DNA of 64,000 nucleotides from an uncultured cyanobacterium (GTDB lineage: Bacteria > Cyanobacteriota > Cyanobacteriia > Cyanobacteriales > CAWCAG01), in NCBI GenBank assembly GCA_963793425.1, contig CAWCAG010000005.1, forward strand, positions 544,001 to 608,000, written 5' to 3'. A program made the translations under genes and the position numbers. The notes under the pieces were generated by a model. The model did not search any database and was not told the origin of the DNA. It worked only from the letters and a program-made list of their open reading frames with translations. Each line of letters begins with the position of its first letter. Within the stretch, counting starts at the first letter, position 1. This document shows, piece after piece, positions 32,101 to 41,929 of this stretch.

Positions 32101-33666
32101 TGCTAGAGAGATTTTTTCAATAGTTCTTCTTGCTTGGGCAATCTGCCTTAGAGTCACAGTCAAACCATGGGCAGAGTTAACTTCATTACTGCGATAGGCT
32201 CCAATAAAAAATAAATACTGGCTATCTACATTAGTCATCAACAACTGAATTAGTTGTAAAGAAGCATGATCAGCCCATTGTAAATCGTCTAAAAATATAA
32301 CTAAAGGATGTTCTGGTTTGCTAAAAACCTTAATAAATTCACAAAAGAGTAAGTTGAAACGATTCTGTGCTTCTTTTGCTGCTAAATTAAGAACATTTGG
32401 TTGCTTGCCAATAATAAATTCTAACTCAGGAATCAACTCAACAAGAACTTGACCACTTTCTCCTAAAGCATTTAAAATTTCTTCTCTGCATTGCTGAACT
32501 TTAATTTCACTTTCTGTCAACACAATCTCAATCAATTCTTGAAAAGCTTGAAGAAACCCTAGGTAAGGAAGATTACGTTGTAACTTATCAAATTTACCGC
32601 TAATAAAGTAACCTTTTTGGCGTGTAATTGGTTTGTAAACTTCCTGAATTAAAACAGACTTTCCTATACCTGAATAGCCAGAAATGAGCATCATTTCACT
32701 TTTACCTAATGCTACGCGCTCAAAAGCAGCAAGCAAAAGAGCAATTTCGACTTCTCTGCCATAAAGCTTTTGAGAAATTTGCAAACTGTGACAAAGATCA
32801 TGCTCTCCCAGGGAAAAAGATTTAATTTCACCTTCAGTTTCTAATTGATAAAGACACAACTCTAAATCAGCTTCTAAACCCCAACAACTTTGATAACGAT
32901 CTTCAGCATTTTTAGCTAACAATTTCATCACAATTTCAGAAATCATGAGAGGAATTTTAGAGTTAACATAATGAGGAGGGATTGGCTGTTTAGCCAGATG
33001 AGCATGTACTAACTCGATGCCATCCTGACTATTAAAAGGAAGTTGATGAGTAAGTAGCTCATAAAAAGTCACTCCAAGAGAATAAAAATCAGTGCGGTAA
33101 TCTACCAGCCGATTCATTCTTCCTGTTTGTTCAGGAGATAGATAAGCCAGGGTAGCTTCAATTTCTTGGGTAACTTTCAGTTGAGGCTTTTCTGTACTTA
33201 AGATGGTAGCAACACCAAAATCAATGATTTTGAGCAAACCATTTTGGGCATTATAAATAAGATTGGCAGGATTAATATCTTTGTGGATAATCTTTTTAGC
33301 ATGAATCAAACCTAAACTAGCAGTAATTTTAGTGGAGATTATTAAAAATTCCTGGAGAGAAATAGGTTCACTGTAACTATTTAATAAACTCCTTAAGGAC
33401 TCCCCCCCAAAGTCCTCTAAAATAATTGCTAAGCTTCTTTGATATTTTTCTAAACTATAAGCTCTAATCACTCCTTCCAAATTCAAAGAAGAGATAATTT
33501 CATACTCTTGTTTATATCTCGCTAATTCTTGATGGGTGGGATATTCTTGCTTCAGTACCTTAATAATTACTGGTTTGGCATCATCTTCTCTCATACCGCG
33601 ATATACTCGCGAACGAGAACTTTCATATATTTGCTCAGTAATTTGGTAATTAGCAAGAGTAATCAT
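29173..33666 (-). CDS. Ser/Thr kinase-AAA(STAND)-TPR-GAF protein with no C-terminal histidine kinase
   Basis: HKDINPAN, DFG, SPEQTGRMNR, GYSGIGKS, FLDDLQWAD, HDRIQQAAY, YLENN. Confidence 0.9.
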   Translation of the reverse strand: MITLANYQITEQIYESSRSRVYRGMREDDAKPVIIKVLKQEYPTHQELARYKQEYEIISSLNLEGVIRAYSLEKYQRSLAIILEDFGGESLRSLLNSYSEPISLQEFLIISTKITASLGLIHAKKIIHKDINPANLIYNAQNGLLKIIDFGVATILSTEKPQLKVTQEIEATLAYLSPEQTGRMNRLVDYRTDFYSLGVTFYELLTHQLPFNSQDGIELVHAHLAKQPIPPHYVNSKIPLMISEIVMKLLAKNAEDRYQSCWGLEADLELCLYQLETEGEIKSFSLGEHDLCHSLQISQKLYGREVEIALLLAAFERVALGKSEMMLISGYSGIGKSVLIQEVYKPITRQKGYFISGKFDKLQRNLPYLGFLQAFQELIEIVLTESEIKVQQCREEILNALGESGQVLVELIPELEFIIGKQPNVLNLAAKEAQNRFNLLFCEFIKVFSKPEHPLVIFLDDLQWADHASLQLIQLLMTNVDSQYLFFIGAYRSNEVNSAHGLTVTLRQIAQARRTIEKISLAPLKLDCVNQLLKDTFKSSLAKTKPLAELVLDKTRGNPFFVNEFIKRLYAEKLVYFDFSYLDKKDNPGGWYWNLESIYRQEFTDNVVEFMTDKLQKMPIKTQESLQLAACIGSCFDLEKLGIISYQSSQETALALKGAIAAGLILPLGEKHKLIELDIQQDLSQELDISNIEYKFAHDRIQQAAYSLILGEDKAAFHYQVGKRLLDRLTPQNREQQIFTIVNQLNLGIDLIEEETERLKLAQLNLDAGKKAQTSSAYATAFNYFCQGLQLLNLSSWQSDYYLTLELHEAAAETAYLDGRFSTMEELISLVKKNVPSLLEQVKVYEIEIQAYIAQNKPQAAVKTGLTILKFLGVTIPHHPNKIQILLGIFKTKLSLESKEITDLVNQPLMQDAYKLAAMKIMSRISSAAFFAVPQIFPSIVFQEVALSLKYGNAPESAFAYVSSGLIMCKVLEDIDLAYQLGQLSLTLLQNFDKPEIAPLKCRTILVANTFIRHRQEPLQATLNSLQQAYFFGLETGDLEYVSHSAFVYCYYSYLTGKELKPLSQEMASYSKILRQIKQQRNLALNELYHQVVLNLLGESTHPCQLNGEAYQEAEMLPLHLEAGDGSVLHRVHLEKLILCYLFQNYQQASEHSQQAQKYLKSVEAMFAYTLFHCYDSLTRLALYATANLTEQKAILEKVAHNQKKLQKWVEYAPQNHLHKFYLVEAERYRVLGFNQEATQAYECAIDLAKKHEFIQDEALSNELAGQFYLGRQENNLAQTYLQDAYYCYLKWGAKSKYEELESRYPFLKIQAEESQNLDDLAILTCPHEIITSELSLERLLSKLVEVSLKNAGAQLGILVLDSQYLPNRSETKPKQEKFLIEAEARSDPFAIKVLNSLPLNALKIPFSVINYVKRTKKSLVIGNALQESSFSRDPYIEKYQPRSLLATPFINDSKLLGILYLENNLVSGAFTPEKLETLESLLAKGAIAFRNITVSN

Positions 33667-33670
33667 AGAA

Positions 33671-34033
33671 TTACTTCTTTAAAGTAAGAGCTGTGAGTTC
33701 AGGAGTTTGGCTAAATTTACCATCTTGATCAGACTCAAAGTTGAGAACACCAAACACAGCATCTGTATTTAGGGAACCATAAATATGGGGAAAATAACCT
33801 TCTTGATCATTTCCTTCGTAACGAATTTCTGCTTGCACTTGTTCTGAATCTATCAACAAAAGCAGCAGTTTTGGCTTGCCGCGAAAAAAGCGATTAGCTG
33901 TTGCCACAACTTGCTCTGGTGTTGAACAGTGAATAAAACCTTCACTATCAAGGGTATCGCAGTAATAAAATCCTGTTGATTGAGCTTCTTTCCACTGCTG
34001 AATCTCTGCAATATGTAAAATCTTCATGGTCAT
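33671..34033 (-). CDS. DUF952 family protein
   Basis: ILHI, EGFIHCST, IRYE, FPHIYG motifs. Confidence 0.9.
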   Translation of the reverse strand: MTMKILHIAEIQQWKEAQSTGFYYCDTLDSEGFIHCSTPEQVVATANRFFRGKPKLLLLLIDSEQVQAEIRYEGNDQEGYFPHIYGSLNTDAVFGVLNFESDQDGKFSQTPELTALTLKK

Positions 34034-34582
34034 AGAGTCTAACTACAATATCCTTGAGGATATCTCCAGAATGTTACTTATAGCTGAATAAGTTTGCCAT
34101 AAACTAGGTTCTCTATAGTTTATTATCCGGGAGATTGTTTGAGGCAAAAGATATTACCTAAACATCACAAGAACTATTTTTGAAGAGAATTTAGGGTTGT
34201 TAGTAATGAAAACCAATGGCTGTTTATCAAGAAAAGATATTCACCTCCGTCTATTTGCGTAAGAGTATTTGCTATTTTGACCACGAATAAACTACCATCA
34301 AGAAAAAGTAAGCAAATCGCCTCTTCAACTAGCTTACAAAACCTTTAAAAAAGAATTATCGGTTAAGAAATAAAAGTTATACAAAACAAACATAATCTTA
34401 TACCTCACGACATACACTCATGACTAAATATAGTCATAGGAGCAAATGAAATAGATTTATTTTCTAACCACAAGTCAGTAGGGTGTAGCTACTTATATGT
34501 AAGAGGGATTTCTCTATGCAAAAATTCCTTTTTCACGAAAAATTGGTTCCATTTCTTAACGTAAACAATACCAGGTAAATCA

Positions 34583-35401
34583 ATGATTAGTTTCAAACAA
34601 ATTCTCGCTAGTACAAGTTTAGTTACTGGAGCAATTATTTCTGTATCTACTGGCTCTGCCCAAGCTTTTAGTTTCCAAACAGGTGAAGATTTAGGAGCTT
34701 GCGATCCTTTACGTCAACAAGTTATGACTAAAAACGCTCCCTCACCAAATCTTACCACTTGCGAAACCACTGATGGGTTCAGGTTAACGGCAGGCTTTGA
34801 AGGTAATCCTGGCAATGAAACGAAGTCACCTCTTCTTGCTGCCAAGAAAGTTAAGAATACTATCGGGCTTGGGGTTAACTTTGACAAGGATCTTAATAGC
34901 CGTGATCCAGGAGATTATGGCACAGATGGAGAAATTGATGCTGGAGAATATATTACTCTAGAAGCCTTGAAAGGCCCATCTATCTTTGACCACATAGAGT
35001 TATCTTTTCTCTATCAGCCGGGGGTACATAACGATGCTGTTTATGAAATTGCTCTTTTGGAAACGTCCCAAGGCAAAACTGGTACTTTAAGAATTACTGG
35101 AAACAGTACAGCAGAGTACTTATTTAATGGCAAAACAACAATTATCAATGCCCTAAGCCCTTCTACCCATGCTGGTGGCGGTTACTACCGTATTAATAAT
35201 CCTTTTGGTGATATCAAAGTTGGTCAAGTTAAATTGAGTGCGCCAGGAAAGGCTAGTGATAACTCTACTCAACATGACTACTCTCTTGTCGCAGCTAAGG
35301 CTACTCAAGTTCCTGAACCCGGAAGTGCCGCAGCAGTCTTAGGCTTAGGTCTTCTGGTTGCTAGATGCTCTCGCCGCAAGGAATCAGCGAACAACAGCTA
35401 A
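34583..35401 (+). CDS. PEP-CTERM sorting domain protein
   Basis: Signal peptide ending AQA; C-terminal VPEP + hydrophobic stretch + RRK. Confidence 0.88.
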   Translation: MISFKQILASTSLVTGAIISVSTGSAQAFSFQTGEDLGACDPLRQQVMTKNAPSPNLTTCETTDGFRLTAGFEGNPGNETKSPLLAAKKVKNTIGLGVNFDKDLNSRDPGDYGTDGEIDAGEYITLEALKGPSIFDHIELSFLYQPGVHNDAVYEIALLETSQGKTGTLRITGNSTAEYLFNGKTTIINALSPSTHAGGGYYRINNPFGDIKVGQVKLSAPGKASDNSTQHDYSLVAAKATQVPEPGSAAAVLGLGLLVARCSRRKESANNS

Positions 35402-35423
35402 TACTTACGCAGTCAAAACATAA

Positions 35424-35489
35424 CCGTCAGGGCGACCCAATTAAGCGTAATTATTTTCTCAGTATCCCACAAACGGGTTGCCCCTACGG
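35424..35489. repeat. REP-like inverted repeat CCGTCAGGGCGACCC / GGGTTGCCCCTACGG between convergent genes
   Basis: Imperfect 15-bp arms. Confidence 0.65.
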
Positions 35490-35522
35490 TTTTTCAATGT
35501 TCAATGTTCAATGTTCAATGAC

Positions 35523-36488
35523 TTAATACCCTGTTTCCTCTTCATATTCTGGAGTCTTAGTTTTCTCCGGAATATTTACTTTGGGTGGGTTGTAGGGTTC
35601 ATTTTCCACATCATCGTCCCAAACATCCCCTTCCACTTCAACGGGTTCAGGTTCAATATAAGCTTCTTGTTCGTAAGTAACCATGGGTTCATCTCCCCAG
35701 TTACCCTCTTCGTATTCTTCTTCCTCTTCATAGGGCAGAGGTGCTTCCTTTCGGCGGCGGAGGGGTTGCCTTTCTGTATCTTCCCAAGCATCTTCGTCCC
35801 AAGTTTCTTCTGGGATTCGTGATTCCATTTCGATGGGGCGAGGGGCTTTGGCTGGTACGTCTACGGGTATGCCTGTACCTAACTGATTTTCAGGCTTAGC
35901 GACGCTAGGTGATGAATATATATCTTCTTCTTCCCTTTCCCAAGGAGGCCTACCAATACCAACTCTTTCTAAAACACCTACGGTTAGCTGGCTGAGACGT
36001 TCTTCAGACCCTTCAAAAACAATCAAACGGTTGGGGCCACTGCTAACAATTTCTTCGATAGGTAAGGAGTAGGTACTGAGTACTTGATCAGGAATTTGTG
36101 GTAAACCAAGAGAAGCCAGAATCAAAGAAGAAACCTTACCATCAGCCATATCAAATTGGAAGTCTCTAACTCGCCCCAGAAGTTCACCAGTTTCAGTAAT
36201 TACTTCGCTGTTAATTAGTCGGCTGTAGGCTTCGACATCGACATCATCAATGACATCTTCGTCTTCTACGAGGATGACATCACCAGTTTGGATAATACTA
36301 GTAATATACATATACCTGGGCATCCCAGATAAGGAAATAATACTATCTCGCAAACCAAGGGCCACAACTTCTCTTTGGTCAACATCAACAAGAAGATCCT
36401 TAACCACTCCTAGGCGTTTGCCTGTGTTGCGAGTAATGACCTGGGTGTTTAAAAATTCAGCGCGTAGACGAATGTTATCTATTGTCAT
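35523..36488 (-). CDS. PRC-barrel domain protein with acidic tail
   Basis: Two PRC-barrel repeats (VITRNTGKRLGVV, VITETGELLGRV); directly downstream of smc. Confidence 0.88.
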   Translation of the reverse strand: MTIDNIRLRAEFLNTQVITRNTGKRLGVVKDLLVDVDQREVVALGLRDSIISLSGMPRYMYITSIIQTGDVILVEDEDVIDDVDVEAYSRLINSEVITETGELLGRVRDFQFDMADGKVSSLILASLGLPQIPDQVLSTYSLPIEEIVSSGPNRLIVFEGSEERLSQLTVGVLERVGIGRPPWEREEEDIYSSPSVAKPENQLGTGIPVDVPAKAPRPIEMESRIPEETWDEDAWEDTERQPLRRRKEAPLPYEEEEEYEEGNWGDEPMVTYEQEAYIEPEPVEVEGDVWDDDVENEPYNPPKVNIPEKTKTPEYEEETGY

Positions 36489-36588
36489 TTTTTCCTACAG
36501 TTAAAGCTCCCAATCCAACTTCAATATTAATAATTCTTTGTTGACTATCTTTGGGTGTATTGTAATCTACTGATATTAAAATTAGAAT

Positions 36589-39500
36589 TTAGAGTTTAAT
36601 TCCTAAAACTTGAGTGTAAGCACCCCTGGCTTGGGTCACACCAATAGTACGTTCCGAAGATTCGATCATTGGTCGCCGCAAGCTTACCACAATAAACTGT
36701 GCTTGTTGGGCCTGCTTTTTGATCATTCTAGCTAATCGTTCGACATTTGCGCCGTCTAAGAACATATCTACTTCATCAAAGGCATAAAAAGGGGAAGGGC
36801 GATAACGTTGTAAGGCGAAGATGAAGCTAAGGGCAGTGAGGGATTTTTCTCCCCCAGACATGGAACTAAGACGCTGTACTGGTTTACCTTTAGGATGGGC
36901 AACTAAATTGAGTCCCCCAGAAAAAGGATCTTCTGAGTTATCTAGTTGCAAGTAACCATCTCCTTGGGAAAGGGTAGCAAAAGTATTTTGGAAGTTTTCG
37001 TTAACAGCATCAAAGGCTTCTTTAAAGGCACGTAATCTTAGGGTGGTAAAGTTTTCAACCCTTAATAATAATTCAGTACGTTCGGCTTCTAAGGTGGTTA
37101 ATTTTTCGGTAAGTTCTTGTAAGCGAGTTTGAGTACGATCATATTCTTCTAGGGCCAGCATATTTACAGGTTCCATAGCCTGGAGTCGCTTTCCGGAATT
37201 ACGGATATCTTTTTGCAGTTTTTCTAGTTGTTCTGTAAAGTTAGCAAAGCTGATGCCCCCTTCTCCTTGAGGATCAACCAAGAAAGGAATTTCGGGTAAA
37301 GGATTGGGAAGTTCCAAGGCTTGGGTAGCGACTTTTTCAATAAGTTCTTGTAATAATTCTCTTTGTTCTTGTTGGCTTTCTTGAAGTTTCTGACTACTCC
37401 AAGTTTTCTTTTGTTGTTTTAGTTGTAGGGAACGCAGTTTTTCTTCTGCCTCATCCCTAGCTTGTTTAGCTGTTTGCAATTTTGTGGATAATTGAGAAAG
37501 TAGTTGTTGGGTAGCAGCGATTTCTTCAGTTATGGCAACAATTTCTGCTTCTACCTCTACTTCCTTACTTTTAATATTCAATTTTTGTTGCTTAATCTCT
37601 GCTGTTCTTTGTTGAGATTCTTGAGTTTTCTCTTCTAAACGTTGGCCCTGATTTTCTAAATCTTTTAACCTCGCTTCAGTATTACGTAAAGTTTCTTCCT
37701 TTTGCTGTAAACTATTTTCTTGTCCTTGGATAGTTTTTCGCATCACCTGCCACTCACTATGACTTTGGGACTCTTCCAAGGCAGTTAAACTTTCTTGTTT
37801 GCTTTGTAAATCTGCTTCTTGCTGAGGAATTTCTGCTGTTAAAATTTGCAAACGTTTCTGCAATTCCCCTAATTCCTGATTATGTTGAGTTAGTTGAGTT
37901 TCTCTTTGGACTTGTTGTTGTTGCAAGCGTTTAATTTCTGTCTCTACTTGTTCTTGCCGCAGTTGTTCTTCTCGATGGATTTGTCTGGCTTCATTTAACT
38001 TTCTGCTTAATTCCTGGGCCAAACTTAACTTCTGCTGACTTTCTTGTTGACAACGTTCTAAAACAATACCAATTTCCTGTAAGCGTTGCCTCAAAGCAGC
38101 TAATTCCCCAGATTCTTGTAAGCTGGCTGTACCAAAATGCACTGAGGCACGAAAAGAACTACTACCTCCCGTCATCGCCCCGCTACTTTCTAATAATTCT
38201 CCTTCTAAGGTAACGATGCGAGTTTTACCCACATGGGGACGAGCATCCTGGAGACTAGCAAAAACTACTGTATTACCGAAAACATAATCAAAAATATTTT
38301 GGTAGCAGGATTCAAAATTAACTAATTCTACAGCGTAGTCAATGAAACCAGGGGCATTGCGGAGAAACATCACTTGATTCATCCGAGGAGGTTTAATCTT
38401 ATTTAAAGGTAAGAAAGTTGCCCGCCCGCCACGCTTTTGTTTAAGCAGTTCAATACCTTGGGCAGCTACTCCATCATTTTCCACAACTATAAACCCCAGG
38501 CGACCTCCTGCGGCTGTTTCCAGTGCCAATTGGTAGCGGGGATCAACCTGTCCGAGTTGGGCGACTAAACCGCAAACTCCTGGTAAGTTTGCTTGTAAAA
38601 TTGCTTTGGTGGCGTAGGTTCCTTGTGCTTCCTGTTGGGCTTGGGTTGTGGCTTCTAATTTATCTAGTTGCCGTTGTTTGTTTCTTTGTTCGGTAACTAA
38701 GCGGTTTAAGGTATCTTCTTGTAATTGTCGTTCTTGTTCTGCGGCGGCGAGTTGCTGTACTAAAGATTGGATAGTTTGTTGGGAATTATCAACCTGGGCA
38801 GCTAAGTTAGTTGCTTCTTCTTCTTTGGTGTTAATTTCCCCTTGGTTAACAGCGAGAAATTCCTCTCCTTCCCTAATCTTACTTTCCAACTGGCTATAAC
38901 GTTCCTGAAGTTGTGCTTGTTCAGTACGTTGAGGATTAAGGCTTTTTTGTAAAGCAGTTATCGCTTTGCTAAGGGCTGTTTGTTCCTGTACCCAAGCCTC
39001 AGAAGCAGAAGCGAGACTATTAGCTTTTTCGCGACTTGTTTCTAAAACTTCCTTAGCGCGAACACATTCTTTTTTTAAATTGGGTAATATCTCCGTTTCT
39101 TGCTGAGATTTTTCTTGTTCAAGTTCTGCCAAACTCTGGCTATACTGCTGAAGAAGCTGATCAAGTTGCAGAATTTCTGCTTCTGCTTCTTCCTTCGCCG
39201 TCGCTAATTCCCCTCGACGCTGGCGTAATTGGTTTTGCTTTGCTTCTTGGGTAGCAAGTTGGGCAGCCACAGAAAGTTGTTCATCTTCTCCCAAAGCTTT
39301 AACCTTGCGGCTTAACTGAGCTAATTTTGTTTCTGCTTGGTTAATTTCCCCAGCTAACCTCGCTAACTCCTCTTCTAACTGGCTTGCCTTCTTCTCCCCT
39401 TCAGCAATTTTCCCTTGCAACTCCTGTTGTTGTTGTTGTAGCGATCGCCAAATTAACACCGCCTCCCATTGTTGCTTTTGCTGAATTTCTGCCTTAAGTT

Positions 39501-40182
39501 TCTGGTACTTTTCTGCTTTAATACGATCAGCAGCCAGGCGATCGCGGGCTTTAATTAGTTCTTGTTGAATAATCTGACAACGTTCTTCCCTTTCCTTTAC
39601 CTGCTCAAAAGTTTTCCTCACCTGTTCAATTTTGCGATCAAAAGCAGCAACTCCCGCCAACTCATCAATAATTTCTCGCCTTTCTTTGGAATTCATGGTG
39701 ATGATGCGGGTAACATCCCCTTGCAACACTACGTTATACCCTTCAGGATAGATGCGTAAGCGGTTAAGTTGTTCGTGAAGTTCTGTAGCGGTAGAAGGTT
39801 CACCATTGATAAAATAACTAGAAGAGTAGCTTCCTCCCTTCGTTACCCTCAACCGCCGGGTAACAGTCCATTCTTCTCCTTCAAAGTTAGCAGCAATATC
39901 ATCTTCAGAATTGATCTCTTCTTTTAAATCAAAAGTAACGCTAACACTTGTTTCAACAGTACCGCGATGTTCCTTATTATGGTTAACCAAATCCGGGAGT
40001 CTTTCTGCCCGCATCCCTTTAGAACTTGCTAAACCCAGGGCGAACAATAAAGCATCAAGAATGTTAGACTTACCAGAGCCATTAGGGCCAGAAACCACAG
40101 TAAAACCAGGTAATAGAGGAATTGTACTCGTTCCTCCAAAAGATTTAAACCGTGAAAGTTCTACACACTTGATATGAACCAT
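36589..40182 (-). CDS. smc: Chromosome segregation protein SMC
   Basis: FKSF, GPNGSGKSN, hinge GRATFLPL, MSGGEKS, FDEVD. Confidence 0.98.
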   Translation of the reverse strand: MVHIKCVELSRFKSFGGTSTIPLLPGFTVVSGPNGSGKSNILDALLFALGLASSKGMRAERLPDLVNHNKEHRGTVETSVSVTFDLKEEINSEDDIAANFEGEEWTVTRRLRVTKGGSYSSSYFINGEPSTATELHEQLNRLRIYPEGYNVVLQGDVTRIITMNSKERREIIDELAGVAAFDRKIEQVRKTFEQVKEREERCQIIQQELIKARDRLAADRIKAEKYQKLKAEIQQKQQWEAVLIWRSLQQQQQELQGKIAEGEKKASQLEEELARLAGEINQAETKLAQLSRKVKALGEDEQLSVAAQLATQEAKQNQLRQRRGELATAKEEAEAEILQLDQLLQQYSQSLAELEQEKSQQETEILPNLKKECVRAKEVLETSREKANSLASASEAWVQEQTALSKAITALQKSLNPQRTEQAQLQERYSQLESKIREGEEFLAVNQGEINTKEEEATNLAAQVDNSQQTIQSLVQQLAAAEQERQLQEDTLNRLVTEQRNKQRQLDKLEATTQAQQEAQGTYATKAILQANLPGVCGLVAQLGQVDPRYQLALETAAGGRLGFIVVENDGVAAQGIELLKQKRGGRATFLPLNKIKPPRMNQVMFLRNAPGFIDYAVELVNFESCYQNIFDYVFGNTVVFASLQDARPHVGKTRIVTLEGELLESSGAMTGGSSSFRASVHFGTASLQESGELAALRQRLQEIGIVLERCQQESQQKLSLAQELSRKLNEARQIHREEQLRQEQVETEIKRLQQQQVQRETQLTQHNQELGELQKRLQILTAEIPQQEADLQSKQESLTALEESQSHSEWQVMRKTIQGQENSLQQKEETLRNTEARLKDLENQGQRLEEKTQESQQRTAEIKQQKLNIKSKEVEVEAEIVAITEEIAATQQLLSQLSTKLQTAKQARDEAEEKLRSLQLKQQKKTWSSQKLQESQQEQRELLQELIEKVATQALELPNPLPEIPFLVDPQGEGGISFANFTEQLEKLQKDIRNSGKRLQAMEPVNMLALEEYDRTQTRLQELTEKLTTLEAERTELLLRVENFTTLRLRAFKEAFDAVNENFQNTFATLSQGDGYLQLDNSEDPFSGGLNLVAHPKGKPVQRLSSMSGGEKSLTALSFIFALQRYRPSPFYAFDEVDMFLDGANVERLARMIKKQAQQAQFIVVSLRRPMIESSERTIGVTQARGAYTQVLGIKL

Positions 40183-40314
40183 AAACCCTGGTCAACGGAA
40201 GCTTGATACTTAAGTATTTAAGTATATGCAAAAATGCTATATTGCGCTCTAAATCATACCAAATCGGTGTTGAGTCACATGACTTATCTGTTGGGGTAGG
40301 GAGCAGATAAAGTA

Positions 40315-40375
40315 GTAGGGTGGGCAAAAACATCTCCATTCGTTGATCAAACTTAATATAAAACATTTGCCCACC
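40315..40375. repeat. REP-like inverted repeat GGTGGGCAAA / TTTGCCCACC
   Basis: Same arm family as 14836-14862, longer loop. Confidence 0.7.
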
Positions 40376-40422
40376 ATGATCTAAAGATTCACTGATTAAT
40401 TCTGGTGGGCAAGATAGGCTGA

Positions 40423-41802
40423 TCATTGATAACTGATTAACCCTAATTCCTGACGCAAACGATGAAGAATTGTATTTGGTTCCACTTGAGAAAGAATTTC
40501 TTGAATTACTGTACTGGGGCCTAAATTACCCCAACTACAACCCTTTTCCAAATATTCCTGTGCCACCTTTCCCACTGCATAAGCCCCATAACCAGCGATG
40601 CCTCCTTGGGTTGCAGCGGTAGTTGCATAAGTAGCGATACCCATAGGGCTTTCTAAGATAGCTGTTTTCCCTAAACCTAAAACCGCACTACTACCAATTT
40701 CTCCTAATAATAAACCCCCGGAACTAACTAAGATTTTCCGCCATAATTTCCCGGCTTCAAAACTTGTCATCGGTAAGCCATATAAACGTGCCAATGAACG
40801 AATTAAAGCTAAATCGGCGATCGCACCTCCCAAGACATCAAGAATGGCTAAGGGATTCAAGGCAACCACTAAGGCTTTATACTTGGCATAGCGCCAAATT
40901 ATTTGTTCTGCTTCGCTTTGCCGTAATTCCAAAGTTTTCCGGGCAATTTGTGTTTCGGCTGTTTGTGCCTGAAAGAGGGCATTAATAGCTAGTAGGGATC
41001 GCCCTTCTCGATTAAGAATCTCAAAAATCTTCTCTTTCAACTGATCTATCTGCGGCGGAGGAGTTTCCCACTCTTGGGTTTCTCTGCCATCAGCCCATTC
41101 TACCCGAACTCTGATGGGTTTTGGTTCTGCGGCAATAAGAACAATTTCTTCCGGGGAGACAATTTGGTTAATTTCTCCACCGTCACTTGCTTCTAATTGT
41201 TGTAGTTGTTGATAAATTTCTTGACGATCTTTTTCAGGGAAAAGGTCAATTTTGTTAAAGACTAAAATCAGGGGTTTATGACTATCTCGCAATGCCACTA
41301 AAGCATCATATTCTGTGCGAGTAATATCCCCAGCAATAACAAACAGAATTAAATCAGACTGACTAGCCACTTCTTTTGCCATTGCTGCCCTGGCTTCCCC
41401 GGCTATTTCATCTAACCCCGGAGTATCCACCAACTCGACTTGAATTTTCCCCCCAGGATGCCAGCGTACAGCTTTGGGCCATTTCGTTACGCCATTGAGG
41501 GGGCCAGTTTCTAAAACATTCTGCCCCAACAAAGCATTAACCACCGAAGATTTCCCTCGGCTAACTAAACCAAAAGCAGCAATGCGAATAACTTTTTGGT
41601 CTAATTTTTCTAGGGCAGCTTTTAAAGATTGTAACTCCGGCCGTACAGAAGCTTGCAACTCTAAATCTGGGGTGAGATCCCCATGACGGCGAAACTTACC
41701 GTACCAAGACAAAGCCTGCTGCAAGCTAGCCTTAGCTTGGTTAAAGTGGGTTTCTTGGGGAGAATAACGCGGACTTTCTGGAATATCAGTAGGAGAATTC
41801 AA
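40423..41802 (-). CDS. GTP-binding protein with DUF697 domain
   Basis: GLVSRGKSS, DTPG, NKID; ALNPLAILD. Confidence 0.9.
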   Translation of the reverse strand: MNSPTDIPESPRYSPQETHFNQAKASLQQALSWYGKFRRHGDLTPDLELQASVRPELQSLKAALEKLDQKVIRIAAFGLVSRGKSSVVNALLGQNVLETGPLNGVTKWPKAVRWHPGGKIQVELVDTPGLDEIAGEARAAMAKEVASQSDLILFVIAGDITRTEYDALVALRDSHKPLILVFNKIDLFPEKDRQEIYQQLQQLEASDGGEINQIVSPEEIVLIAAEPKPIRVRVEWADGRETQEWETPPPQIDQLKEKIFEILNREGRSLLAINALFQAQTAETQIARKTLELRQSEAEQIIWRYAKYKALVVALNPLAILDVLGGAIADLALIRSLARLYGLPMTSFEAGKLWRKILVSSGGLLLGEIGSSAVLGLGKTAILESPMGIATYATTAATQGGIAGYGAYAVGKVAQEYLEKGCSWGNLGPSTVIQEILSQVEPNTILHRLRQELGLISYQ

Positions 41803-41929
41803 GGTTAAAGGAAATTAAATATCTCTATCTACTATTGTGGCCAAAGATCCTCTTTCAGAGGAAAATAAACAGGTGCGGATTTCCACTCCCTGGCTTTAAC
41901 CTGTGTAACTCAATACCAATTTTTTAAAT

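Noticed and set aside
40145..40426. 93-aa ORF upstream of smc
   Set aside because: Runs through REP-like and MITE-end sequence; probably spurious.
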